64,000 nucleotides of DNA from Aulosira sp. ZfuVER01. Lineage in GTDB: Bacteria > Cyanobacteriota > Cyanobacteriia > Cyanobacteriales > Nostocaceae. The DNA is taken from NCBI GenBank assembly GCA_034530615.2, contig JAVRCV020000052.1, forward strand, positions 96,001 to 160,000, written 5' to 3'. Of this stretch, positions 10,041-20,378 are shown piece after piece (positions within the stretch are counted from its first letter, which is position 1; each line of letters begins with the position of its first letter). The position numbers and the translations under genes were made by a program. Under the pieces are notes generated by a model. The model was not told where the DNA came from and made no database searches. It saw nothing but the letters and a program-made list of their open reading frames with translations.

Positions 10041-10657
10041 CTTTCAATCCCCTTGCGGGGTAATAGTTAGTGGAAACCTAAATTTATATAAATTAAGTCT
10101 AAATCTTCGTTTCAATCCCCTTGCGGGGTAATAGTTAGTGGAAACTCACTAATATCTATTGCCATACGTTTTAAATATGTCCAGTTTCAATCCCCTTGCG
10201 GGGTAATAGTTAGTGGAAACAACTCTTTCTTAGTTTATGTAGTTTCTAATCACAGAAGTTTCAATCCCCTTGCGGGGTAATAGTTAGTGGAAACTTTCCA
10301 GGGTGGAAGCCCACAAACCCTAGAAGGGAGTTTCAATCCCCTTGCGGGGTAATAGTTAGTGGAAACTGCACTAGCAGCAGTGAACCCAGATGCTTTAAGT
10401 TTCAATCCCCTTGCGGGGTAATAGTTAGTGGAAACTTGGTTGGGTCTCCACCCAGAGCCAATTGATTCTAGGAGTTTCAATCCCCTTGCGGGGTAATAGT
10501 TAGTGGAAACTGCCACCGAAGTAGCGAAGTAAAGGAGGATTCACTAGTTTCAATCCCCTTGCGGGGTAATAGTTAGTGGAAACCGCTGCTTATCGTCAGC
10601 TAAACCTACAGATTGCAAACGTTTCAATCCCCTTGCGGGGTAATAGTTAGTGGAAAC
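10041..10657 (-). CRISPR. CRISPR array 2: 9 repeats of 37 nt GTTTCCACTAACTATTACCCCGCAAGGGGATTGAAAC (minus strand), 8 spacers of 31-38 nt
   Basis: Repeats start at 10041 (one mismatch, taken as trailer end), 10109, 10184, 10258, 10330, 10399, 10474, 10547 and 10621. Confidence 0.98.
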
Positions 10658-10900
10658 ACCTCGGTGCTGAAACTCTTACAGAGTAAGTTTCCTGGGAAGG
10701 GTTTTGACGGGTCGAAAAAAAAGGTCATTTTCAGCCGCTCTTATTGCAAATAATTTGCATCTTCCCGAATTGTTGAAACGCTGTAATTATTAACTTGTCA
10801 AGGTTCTGGCGATTTTGGCAGATCCCCTAGGGTTTTTGCCCTCGCTTCGACTTGCCAAACGTCAAGTTGTTAGATTCATCATAAAACTACTTTCAGATCT
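10658..10900 (-). promoter_or_regulatory. CRISPR leader of array 2
   Basis: Non-coding region next to the perfect terminal repeat; shares ACTCTTACAGA near the repeat with the array 1 leader. Confidence 0.6.
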
Positions 10901-10974
10901 TGTCGAGCTTTGATTAAAAATTAGGTGATGGCTTCAATCTTACCTATAAAAGCCGACCTCGAAGTAAGTGGTTT

Positions 10975-11022
10975 GCGATCGCCTGACTCTCTCCCTGGTA
11001 TTTATAGAGTAAGCGCAATCGC
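10975..11022. repeat. 48-bp direct repeat, copy 1 (HIP1-bounded)
   Basis: 42/48 identical to 11561-11608. Confidence 0.85.
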
Positions 11023-11061
11023 ATGAACATCACAAGCGTTAAACGTTTTTAGCAAGCGCGA

Positions 11062-11280
11062 TTAGGCAGCTTGATTAACAGTTGGCTCCGGAAGAGGTTC
11101 ATTTGTGGCTTCATAAGCCATAATTAAAGACTCTAAAGCTTCAATACCGTTTGCCGCAGCCTCCTCATAAGTATCGCCATGAGTCCGCCAACGTTGTCCA
11201 GGAAAATCAGGAAATCCAACCAGAAAGCAGCTGTCTTCTTCAGACCATTGAATTAACATTTGATACTTAAATTTACTCAT
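11062..11280 (-). CDS. hicB: HicB family antitoxin
   Basis: IQWSEED..VGFPDFPG..THGDTYEEA pattern; follows hicA. Confidence 0.88.
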   Translation of the reverse strand: MSKFKYQMLIQWSEEDSCFLVGFPDFPGQRWRTHGDTYEEAAANGIEALESLIMAYEATNEPLPEPTVNQAA

Positions 11281-11500
11281 CTTCCTGCTTGTCCTGCTGT
11301 CGTTTCTCCTCTACCTCTTTTATAGCTTGTTGCACATCCTTTTCTTGGTAGGGTTTAGCGTCAGAACTATCTTTGCCTGAAACTGTTAGCTTTCCAGCAT
11401 ATAAGGGATGTATCCAGTTAGTGTGGCTTCCTTTTCCTGGGAGTTCAGTAAAGCCTACTTGACGTAGCCATTGTTTTAACTCTCTGATTTTCTTGGGCAT
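11273..11500 (-). CDS. hicA: HicA family toxin (mRNA interferase)
   Basis: MPKKIRELK..GF..GKGSH motif. Confidence 0.88.
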   Translation of the reverse strand: MPKKIRELKQWLRQVGFTELPGKGSHTNWIHPLYAGKLTVSGKDSSDAKPYQEKDVQQAIKEVEEKRQQDKQEDE

Positions 11501-11560
11501 TATCAGACGTTGACTATTAACCACAGCATATTAATTTCAATCTCACCCGTATCGAGTCAG

Positions 11561-11608
11561 GCGATCGCCTCACACTCTCTCTGATATTTATAGAGTAAGA
11601 GCGATCGC
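11561..11608. repeat. 48-bp direct repeat, copy 2 (HIP1 at both ends)
   Basis: GCGATCGCCT...TATTTATAGAGTAAGAGCGATCGC. Confidence 0.85.
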
Positions 11609-11742
11609 TCACATCTACCCAGTCAATGCACAACGGGGGAGTAGAGGAGAATTTGCTGGATAATTATACTTTTTAGTCGATGCTTAAAGAAATATAAAAT
11701 TTAATTGCGGTATTGTAAAAGAGGCTTTTCATTAAATGAATT

Positions 11743-14010
11743 ATGAGCCAGTCAGAAGACAACGCTGTCCAAACTGCTTCTTTGACTAACCACGATCGCA
11801 AACCAATTCACATCCCTGGCTCAATCCAACCTCATGGTGTATTGCTGGTTCTTAGTCCTCAGCTAGAGATACTGCAAGTTAGCGATAATACCCTGGACTA
11901 CTTAAGCAAAACTACCCAAGAATTACTTGGACAACCTCTAAATATCTTGCTAGACCAGCAACAAGTTGCAGCTATTAAACAATGCTGGTCAAAAAAAATT
12001 GGTAGTCTATCTTATTACAAAGTATCAATAAATACTTTTAATGGAAAACAATACTTCGACTGTATTGCCCATCGTATAGAAGATGTTGTCATTCTGGAAC
12101 TAGAATTGATTGACTCTACATCTGAGGTGAGTTTCTTAAGTTTCCATGCTTTGGTCAATGAAGCGATCGCCCAAATGCAAAAGACATCGAACCTGACAGA
12201 ATTTTTGCATCTAGCGGCAACAGAAATCCGAGAAATCACAGATTTTGACCGAGTCATGGTCTATCAATTCGATCGTAACGCAGCAGGTTCCGTCATTGCT
12301 GAAGCCAAACGAGAGGATTTACCAACATATTTAGGGTTACATTATCCTGCTACAGATATTCCAGCGTCAGCCAGAGATTTATACACACGTTGTTTACTGC
12401 GATTTATCCCTAATTTAACTGCTAAACCAGTTAAGCTAGTTCCCACTGAAAACCCCATTACACATCAACCTCTCGATTTAAGCCTATCTGTACTTAGAAG
12501 TGTTGATTCATGCTGTCTTGAATATCACCACAATATGGGTGTGGCGTCACTTTTGGTAATCTCGCTGATTCAAGAACAGCAGCTTTGGGGTTTAATTTCC
12601 TGCCATCATCACACACCTAAGCATATTTCCCACGAAATCCGTCAAATCTGCGAGTTTTTGGGACGGATTGTATCTTCAGAGTTAACGCACAAAGTTAATC
12701 AATTGGAATTAGATTATAAAGTCAAACTTAAATCTCTACAGTCTGAGTTTATTGAGTCTATTTCCCAAGCAGATAATTTTATCGATGCTCTAATTAAACC
12801 AGAACTCCGCTTATTAGATGTTGTTAGTGCCTCTGGAGCAGCAGTTTGTTTAGATAATGAAATCACACTTGTAGGTGCAACACCCAATGTTGAGCAAGTT
12901 CGGACTCTAATGGAATGGGCAGATACTCAAGTCAAAGAAAATCTGTTTTCCACCGATTCTCTACCGCAGCTTTACCCTGATAGCACTGCCTTTAAAGATA
13001 CTGCTAGTGGCTTATTACTACTGCGAATTTCTCAAGTCCGACGCTATTACATTCTCTGGTTTCGTCCTGAAGTTATCCAAACGGTCAATTGGGCAGGTAA
13101 TCCCAATGAAGCTGTTGTTCAAATTGAAAAAGCAGATGGCACTATTACTTTGGGGCCGCGAAAATCCTTTGCCAAATGGCAAGAAACGGTACAATTAACT
13201 TCTTTACCGTGGAAACAATGTGAACTTGATAGTGCGATCGCTCTCAGGAATGCCATCGTTGGTATTGTACTTTCTAAAGCAGATGAGTTAGCCAAAATTA
13301 ACCTAGAGTTAGAACGCAGCAACCGCGAACTAGCCTCTTTTGCCTATGCGGCTTCCCACGATCTCAAGGAACCTTTGCGAGGTATATATAATTACTCAAC
13401 AATTATCTTAGAAGATTACGGTCAAATTCTCGATGATGACGGTATTGAGTGCTTAGAGACAGTAGTGACTTTATCAGTGCGCATGGAAACTCTGATTAAT
13501 GCGCTGCTGCGACTCGCCCAGTTAGGAAAAGCACAACTGCGTAAGCAAGCCACTGATCTCAACGAATTGCTCAACCAGTTACTTGATGTCTTTCATGCTA
13601 GTCGTCAAGATTCTGAGCTTTTGGATATTCGCATTCCTCAACCTTTGCCAACAATTCAATGTGATGCAGTTCTGGTTAACGAAGTCTTTAGTAACCTGAT
13701 TGCTAATGGGCTGAAATACAACGATAAAGCCGAGCAATGGGTTGAGATTGGCTATTTAGATCCCTCTGAGCAGCAGCAAACTTTAGCCGCCCCTCTGTTT
13801 TATGTCCGAGATAACGGTATTGGGATTCCAGAACATCATCGCGAAACTATCTTTCGACTGTTTAAGCGACTTCACTCCCAGGAAAAATACGGCGGAGGAG
13901 TAGGTGCGGGGCTAGCTATTGTTAAGAAGATTGTCGAACTTCATAACGGTCAGATTTGGGTTGAATCTACTGTAGGCATTGGCTCGACGTTCTATTTTTC
14001 CCTGGAATAG
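11743..14010 (+). CDS. PAS-GAF-PHY phytochrome histidine kinase, tandem-cysteine type
   Basis: PIHIPGSIQPHG, YPATDIP, LRSVDSCC, PRKSF tongue, SHDLKEPL H-box, HATPase boxes. Confidence 0.92.
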   Translation: MSQSEDNAVQTASLTNHDRKPIHIPGSIQPHGVLLVLSPQLEILQVSDNTLDYLSKTTQELLGQPLNILLDQQQVAAIKQCWSKKIGSLSYYKVSINTFNGKQYFDCIAHRIEDVVILELELIDSTSEVSFLSFHALVNEAIAQMQKTSNLTEFLHLAATEIREITDFDRVMVYQFDRNAAGSVIAEAKREDLPTYLGLHYPATDIPASARDLYTRCLLRFIPNLTAKPVKLVPTENPITHQPLDLSLSVLRSVDSCCLEYHHNMGVASLLVISLIQEQQLWGLISCHHHTPKHISHEIRQICEFLGRIVSSELTHKVNQLELDYKVKLKSLQSEFIESISQADNFIDALIKPELRLLDVVSASGAAVCLDNEITLVGATPNVEQVRTLMEWADTQVKENLFSTDSLPQLYPDSTAFKDTASGLLLLRISQVRRYYILWFRPEVIQTVNWAGNPNEAVVQIEKADGTITLGPRKSFAKWQETVQLTSLPWKQCELDSAIALRNAIVGIVLSKADELAKINLELERSNRELASFAYAASHDLKEPLRGIYNYSTIILEDYGQILDDDGIECLETVVTLSVRMETLINALLRLAQLGKAQLRKQATDLNELLNQLLDVFHASRQDSELLDIRIPQPLPTIQCDAVLVNEVFSNLIANGLKYNDKAEQWVEIGYLDPSEQQQTLAAPLFYVRDNGIGIPEHHRETIFRLFKRLHSQEKYGGGVGAGLAIVKKIVELHNGQIWVESTVGIGSTFYFSLE

Positions 14011-14063
14011 TTTAAGATAAGTAACAAAAATCTTTTAATTATTACATTTTGTTAAGACAACTA

Positions 14064-14513
14064 ATGACCACGAAACTTCATGAACCTCTACTAGTTGTTG
14101 AGGACAGCAATGAAGATTTTAGGATGCTGCAACGCCTGATGCGACGCATGGCTGTCCAGAACCCTATATATCGCTGTACCAATGGGGACGAGGTTTTAGA
14201 TTTGCTCTATAAAGAGAGCAGCAATGAAAATTCTAGTGCAGTGCTGCGACCCTCTGTGATTCTGCTCGACCTCAATTTACCAGGGATTGACGGTCGTGAT
14301 ATCCTAGAGCGCCTCAAGCAAGATATAACTTATAGAGACATCCCTATTGTTGTTTTCACCACATCATCCAACCCTAGGGATATTGAATTGTGTTACCAAA
14401 AAGGTGCAAATGGCTATCTCGTCAAGCCTATGGATGCGCAAGGATTGCGAAAGACGATTCAGGCATTTGTAGACTATTGGTTGGAAACTAACACTCCACC
14501 AGTGTCACGTTAA
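14064..14513 (+). CDS. Rcp1-like single-domain response regulator
   Basis: LVVEDS, LLDLNLP, FTTS, YLVKP; directly follows the phytochrome. Confidence 0.9.
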   Translation: MTTKLHEPLLVVEDSNEDFRMLQRLMRRMAVQNPIYRCTNGDEVLDLLYKESSNENSSAVLRPSVILLDLNLPGIDGRDILERLKQDITYRDIPIVVFTTSSNPRDIELCYQKGANGYLVKPMDAQGLRKTIQAFVDYWLETNTPPVSR

Positions 14514-14954
14514 TTTGTGTATTTCTGGTTGATGAGGTAGCTAGAAGCAGAAAAGGACGCGGAGCGCGGTACAGCAGCAGACTGTATTCGTCTGTTGGTG
14601 CTGGGATTTGATATCCAGACTGCATAGAGGCTCTGAGTGAGTCTGTATGAGAGACACTCTGTTCAACCGGGGAAACCTCCATAAGCAAGTGTCCTCCCCT
14701 GTGTCTTCGCGATCGCTTCGTTCTCCGCATCAGGCTGTTTCCCCCTCTCTCTGCTGATTTCTCAGAATTACCACCAATTCCTTGCTGACGACTTAGTACT
14801 TACGTAGTGTTCTTGGCACGGTAGTCGCTTGCTTTAAGTTTTTTCACTAAACTTTAGATTTTATTTATATTTATTTTAGATTATTTTTAGAATTATGCAA
14901 GAGATTGCAACCTAGAGCAAAAAATCTCTATATTCCCCAGATCCTCATACTTTT

Positions 14955-16619
14955 ATGGTGGACACATGGACGCTACTGATCGTGGATGATTGTGCAGCGG
15001 ATCGAAAAATTTATCGTCGGTATCTTTTACAAGATCCTTACCAGTCCTACCAAATTTTGGAGGCAGACTGTGCAGAGGGCGGACTAGCCTTGTGTAAAAA
15101 AAATCATTGCGATGTCATTCTGTTAGATTTCTGCCTACCTGACATGAGTGGCTTGGAACTCTTTGATCGGCTGGAGAAAGAAATATTTGATACACCACCG
15201 ACTGTGATTATGCTGACTGGGCGGGGTGATGAAGAGGTTGCCGTGCAGGCAATGAAACGGGGTGCCCAAGATTATTTAGTCAAGCAATATCTGAAACCAG
15301 ATGTACTGCAACTAGCTGTTCGCAATGCCATCAAACAATCGTGCTTGCAAGCCCAGCTGTGTAAAAATCGAGAACGACAGCGCTTAATTGCTACGACAGC
15401 GTTACGAATTCGTCAATCTCTCGATTTGGAGCAAATTTTAAATACGGCGGTGGTGGAGGTACAACAGCTTCTCAAGTGCGATCGCGTCTTGGTGTATCAG
15501 TTTGCCCCAGAGAATGGCGGTAAGACTGTAGCCTCCTCCGTTGAGTCATGGGAGACTGTACTACCAAACCATAATATCCAAGATATCTGTCATGAGGTGG
15601 GGGGCGAAAACCATTATTGGGGATGTAAATTAGCCATTTCTCAAGTTTATGAAGCTGATTTGAGTCATAGTTACTTCAATCTATTAGAACAATTTAAGAC
15701 CAAGGAAAATTTAGTAGTTCCCATTCATTTGAGTAATAATGGCAAACTAGAAGATCCGCTTTGGGGCTTGTTGATTGCTCACCACAGTTCAGGAGAACGA
15801 GAGTGGCAAGCGGATGAAGTAGAAATACTCAATGAATTGTCAGTACAACTAGCGATCGCTATTCAACAGGCTGAATTGTTGGCGCAAACGCAAGCAGCGC
15901 TTGTCAAAGAAAAGCAACTCAATGCATTTAAATCCCAAATAGTAGCCACAGTTTCCCATGAGTATCGCACACCGTTAACTTCCATCTTGGCTGCTGCATC
16001 AACTGTGATTAAATATGGCAGGCAATTGGATGAATCTAAACAACAAAGGTTGTTGGGAATTATTGAGCAAAAAGCCAGGTCAATGTCTAAACTTGTGGAT
16101 GATATGCTGATGGTTAACCAAATTGAACTCGACAAAACCGGGTTTAAGCCCATCCCACTCGATCTGCTGCAATTTTTCTCCGATCTCATCGAACAAGCAC
16201 GAGAGACATTGACAGAGCAACATGAATTAATTTTTAACACCAGTGGAAATCACAAAGACTTCTGGGGCGATCGCGGGCTTTTGCAGCAAATATTTGTGAA
16301 TTTAATTTCTAATGCTATTAAGTATTCTCCTCATGGAGGTAGTGTAGAGGTTTACCTGATTGGCACAGAATCAGCGGTGATGTTTTACATTAAAGATGAG
16401 GGGATTGGCATACCAACAGCAGATCAAGAAAACTTATTCCAATCCTTCAGTCGTGGAAGTAACGTTGGTACAATTCCCGGGACAGGTTTAGGGTTAGCGA
16501 TCGCTAAATCTTGTGTAGAGTTACATGGAGGCAATATTACTTTGTCCAGTCAAATGGGGCAAGGAACTAAAGTGACAGTCAGCTTACCGAAGCAACCTCC
16601 TTTAAATATTTATAAATAA
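14955..16619 (+). CDS. Hybrid REC-GAF-histidine kinase
   Basis: N-terminal receiver, GAF (DRVLVYQF, LWGLLIAH), SHEYRTPL, NAIKYS, GTGLGL. Confidence 0.9.
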   Translation: MVDTWTLLIVDDCAADRKIYRRYLLQDPYQSYQILEADCAEGGLALCKKNHCDVILLDFCLPDMSGLELFDRLEKEIFDTPPTVIMLTGRGDEEVAVQAMKRGAQDYLVKQYLKPDVLQLAVRNAIKQSCLQAQLCKNRERQRLIATTALRIRQSLDLEQILNTAVVEVQQLLKCDRVLVYQFAPENGGKTVASSVESWETVLPNHNIQDICHEVGGENHYWGCKLAISQVYEADLSHSYFNLLEQFKTKENLVVPIHLSNNGKLEDPLWGLLIAHHSSGEREWQADEVEILNELSVQLAIAIQQAELLAQTQAALVKEKQLNAFKSQIVATVSHEYRTPLTSILAAASTVIKYGRQLDESKQQRLLGIIEQKARSMSKLVDDMLMVNQIELDKTGFKPIPLDLLQFFSDLIEQARETLTEQHELIFNTSGNHKDFWGDRGLLQQIFVNLISNAIKYSPHGGSVEVYLIGTESAVMFYIKDEGIGIPTADQENLFQSFSRGSNVGTIPGTGLGLAIAKSCVELHGGNITLSSQMGQGTKVTVSLPKQPPLNIYK

Positions 16620-16655
16620 CTTTCTTAGTCAGGACTTTAGTCCTAGCCTTGAGGA

Positions 16656-17465
16656 TTATTCAATTGCTCCTTGTTGAGCAACAACTCCCACTGTGGCGTG
16701 ATAGATAGCCCAAGTACTTGGATCGTCAGCAAATTGACAATACTGCTCAATATCATGATCAGTTGCTTGACCAGTTGCAATGTATTTCTCTACAAGTTGT
16801 ATAGCAGACATTTTCATCACTGTTGCGATCCCAAAACCACCATTGGCTAGAGGTGTATCATTCTCTACAGATAAATTTTGTAATCCTAGCCTTTGCAAGA
16901 TAGCAGGTAACTTTACCCCCAGAGCGTAATCTAGTCCTTTATTTGTAAACATCCGCAGAATAGCTTGATTGACTCTATTCACAGACTGGAGTGTTTCTGA
17001 ATTACCCACAATAGCCCTCGCCGCCGCAAAATCAGGTTCCTCAAGTACAATCCATCCACCTGGTTTTAGCAGACTCAGCATTTGGGACAAAGCAACTCGA
17101 AAATCGGGTATATGAATCAGAACAAAACGCGCATGAATCAGGTCAAAAGATTGATTCTCCAGCGCGAGATGGCGAATATCTTCTTTTAATACTTCAACAT
17201 TAGATGGCAGTGGATCTTTTAAAAACTGAGTATCTAGATCTACAGCAACAACACTACCATTTTTGCCTACTATATCTGCCATCCATCGCATAATTGAGCC
17301 AGCCCCAGCTCCTACTTCCAGACATCGCCAATCGGTTGTCAAACCTGTTGCTAAAATTCGTCGTCGGCTGGCTGGATCAAATACTGTTTCAATTGTTTGC
17401 AGTCTTTCAATCTCTCTGAGATGTTGGGAATTAGCAAAAACGTAGCTAGACTCTGTCAAACTCAT
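16656..17465 (-). CDS. Class I SAM-dependent methyltransferase
   Basis: LEVGAGAG, FDLIHARF, LKPGGW motifs. Confidence 0.87.
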   Translation of the reverse strand: MSLTESSYVFANSQHLREIERLQTIETVFDPASRRRILATGLTTDWRCLEVGAGAGSIMRWMADIVGKNGSVVAVDLDTQFLKDPLPSNVEVLKEDIRHLALENQSFDLIHARFVLIHIPDFRVALSQMLSLLKPGGWIVLEEPDFAAARAIVGNSETLQSVNRVNQAILRMFTNKGLDYALGVKLPAILQRLGLQNLSVENDTPLANGGFGIATVMKMSAIQLVEKYIATGQATDHDIEQYCQFADDPSTWAIYHATVGVVAQQGAIE

Positions 17466-17709
17466 ATTACTTTATTCCTTTTTCAACATACCCTTAGCAA
17501 TTTTAAGATTCAGGGGACTAATGGTAAATAGGTTGGAAAAATACCTTATATGCTGTAATATTTTAGACTTTCAGTACTTTTTTAACATATAGATTCTAGA
17601 TGAGCCTAAGCGAACATACGCTTATATGGATGTGTTAGTTGCACAAATGGACGAAAAAGCATCTCGTGCGCCTAACACACCTCCTTTAATTGAATGTTTT
17701 ACTCAATTT

Positions 17710-18462
17710 TTAGTCAATCTTGCAGTGTCCAGCAAAAATAAAATGTGTGTCTCGGTTAGCTTTAGTTTTGTCAGGCCACTTCACCCAATAATGGTGTTCT
17801 TCAAAACGAGCATCTAAAACTGGGTACTTTCCTGGAGCAATCTCAACTAAAGACTCTTTAGGTAGATCTGATGATTGCTCTGTAGATGGTTTTAAAATAG
17901 TTGGTGTTGTAATCTCCAAAACGCGATCTTTATCAGCTTTGACTGGTTCTTCTTTTGATTCACCAATTAATCCATCTTTGATGGCTTCAGCCATTTTTTC
18001 AGCATCAAAGATATCCATATCTGTTTGAGAGTCACAAAAGCAACACTCAATTAAAATAGCTGGCATATTTGTATTTTTCAAAACAAATAAACCTGTATTT
18101 TTAACACCTCTATTATTAAATCCAAGTTTCACAATCTCTTTGAGAACTGATTGAGCTATTCCTTTAGAAGCGTTACTAATAGCGAAAACTTCTGTACCAT
18201 TAACTTTACCGTTGAATGCATTAAAATGAATAGAAACAAAAATATTTACATTATTTGCATTCGCTTTATTTGCTCTTTGAAGCAGAGAATTTGTAACACT
18301 ACTAGCTGTTTGAGGAGTACAATCAATAACAGTATGACCAGCTGCTTTTAATTTTTGCATTAGCAGCGTACCGACTTCTTTAGTTAAAATATCTTCTTTC
18401 TTGACGCCTAATGCTCCTGTGTCAGGAGGGCAATTGTGCCCCATATCAATACCAAATTTCAT
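17710..18462 (-). CDS. N-acetylmuramoyl-L-alanine amidase (Amidase_3) with C-terminal extension
   Basis: IDMGH, E, SIHFNA, PAILIE zinc amidase motifs. Confidence 0.9.
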   Translation of the reverse strand: MKFGIDMGHNCPPDTGALGVKKEDILTKEVGTLLMQKLKAAGHTVIDCTPQTASSVTNSLLQRANKANANNVNIFVSIHFNAFNGKVNGTEVFAISNASKGIAQSVLKEIVKLGFNNRGVKNTGLFVLKNTNMPAILIECCFCDSQTDMDIFDAEKMAEAIKDGLIGESKEEPVKADKDRVLEITTPTILKPSTEQSSDLPKESLVEIAPGKYPVLDARFEEHHYWVKWPDKTKANRDTHFIFAGHCKID

Positions 18463-18655
18463 AACTGATCTCCTGGTGATTCGCTGGGAAAGAAATTTAT
18501 CTGTACGGACAATTCCATATAGTAATCTAAGAGCGATCGCCTTGTCGGTGAGAAAAAGTGAGTAATTACTGTAAAAAAATGTAAAGGTTAACGTAATCTG
18601 CTCTTGAACAAGTGAAATCTCACAAAGTTCAACTATATAGAGAAGCTGATTGAAA

Positions 18656-18988
18656 ATGAAAGCACAAGAGGCCCTAAACCTAGTTGATATTCTCTTATGC
18701 TCTACTCAGTTTGGGCAAAAGCTCAATGACACTCAATCTGCGGTGTTTGTAGAAAGTTGGCTGGGACGCACTTATGCAGAAATTGCCAAGCAGTTGAGTT
18801 ATGAACACGACTATATTAAACAAGTTGGTTCTCAGTTGTGGCGATCGCTGTCTTTAGCCGTTGGGGAAGAAGTATCTAAAAAAAATATTCAAGCTGTTTT
18901 GCGCCGCTATCAACATTCACAAGGCAGCAAACAGCTATCTTCAGTCAAGAATGCCCAAGAATGGCAAGAAATAGTTGTTATTTCCTAA
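18656..18988 (+). CDS. Stand-alone HTH domain resembling the N-terminus of cyanobacterial NB-ARC/WD40 proteins
   Basis: LNDTQSAVF..W.GRTYAEIA..YEHDYIKQVGSQLW..LS...GEEVSKKN pattern. Confidence 0.7.
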   Translation: MKAQEALNLVDILLCSTQFGQKLNDTQSAVFVESWLGRTYAEIAKQLSYEHDYIKQVGSQLWRSLSLAVGEEVSKKNIQAVLRRYQHSQGSKQLSSVKNAQEWQEIVVIS

Positions 18989-19050
18989 TTTTACGTGCAG
19001 CAAACTCTAGCAACTGAGATTGCTGCTCAAGCAAAGCATTAAATCTTGGC

Positions 19051-19635
19051 TTACAGCCAGTACTTGGGATAAACCCTCTCTTGTGCCAGATTATTGAAAA
19101 CTACGGCGCAGAGTACCAAAATTATCGAACCTTCTAGAGCAGGTGTGAACAGAAATTGCCATTGAGCTTTTGTCATCATCACAACTAATGCCACTGCTCC
19201 CGAAGGCGGGTGTAAAGTACCAGTTAGCTGCATCATCCCGATGGCTGTCGCCACCGCCATTCCCATCGCCCAAGGTTCCGATCCGAAAAGATGCAGAATA
19301 GTGAGGCTGACTAGAGCAGCTATAAAATTACCGCCAATCACATTACGAGGTTGGGCTAAAGGACTGTCAGGTATACCAAATATTAAAACGCTAGTAGCAC
19401 CAAAGGGAGCCATTAGCAAAGGAGAATTAGTTTTGACAGAGAGGTAAGCAGTTGCCGCTATTCCAATAAAACTACCAAGCCAAGACCAGAAAATATGTCT
19501 GTGATGGGGTCTATCTAGAGGGACTGAACGCTTGCTGCCGCAGAGCTTAACACAGTAATTTTTCCATTTCAAGGAAATGCTTTTGGAATTTAACTTGGGC
19601 AGATATGTGTAATTAATTCGCTCTTTGGGTAGCAT
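19051..19635 (-). CDS. HPP family membrane protein (NitM-like)
   Basis: APFGATSVL, SPLAQPRN, HPP motif. Confidence 0.88.
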   Translation of the reverse strand: MLPKERINYTYLPKLNSKSISLKWKNYCVKLCGSKRSVPLDRPHHRHIFWSWLGSFIGIAATAYLSVKTNSPLLMAPFGATSVLIFGIPDSPLAQPRNVIGGNFIAALVSLTILHLFGSEPWAMGMAVATAIGMMQLTGTLHPPSGAVALVVMMTKAQWQFLFTPALEGSIILVLCAVVFNNLAQERVYPKYWL

Positions 19636-20378
19636 AGTTTTTTGTAAGTCTCATCAACAACCACATCAAAAAAACAGCAACTTTAGAAAAGTTAGCTGCA
19701 CAATACTTCCCTTGTCACCCTCAAATTTAGGAATTAACAAAGGAAATTACTCCAGTTCATTGGGAAACAAATGTCTCAAGTTTGAATAAATGCTGAATCT
19801 GCAATGCAAAATCTCAGCCTCATATCTAATTGTTAGACAAGGCTTCCACTGAATAAATCAGCATTTTTAGGGCAAGATTTGTCTCCACCCATAAATGCAA
19901 ACTTAAGAACTTTGTTTAATTATTATTGAATGTCATGATTACATAACATTTTAAACTTAATATTCCTTTAAATTCGTAAAAGTAGAGTTATTAAATATAT
20001 AAAAAAGTCATCTATCTCATAAATATTGCTTATAAATGCCTAATCAGCAAGATTTGAAAGGCTTGGTAAGCTGATGTGGGCCTAGATTGTACATTTTTGT
20101 GAGACTCTCCCCGAAGTTCATGTGGTTTCTCGTTTACCGAAGACTGGTAGATCTGACCAATATCCGCAAAACTAGCCCTAATAGATTCACACTTAGATGT
20201 CGCTTGCGCCTATGTATCTTTTTCAGAGCGTCATACTGATTGATATCATTTCCAGTTGAACACTTGTCATTGCGACTGGAGGGAAGCAATTCCAACACCT
20301 TTGCGATTGCTTCCCTTCGGGTTCAGTAGTTGCTACCCTGCGGGAACGCTTTCAGTGAACAAAGTTCTAACTACGAAA

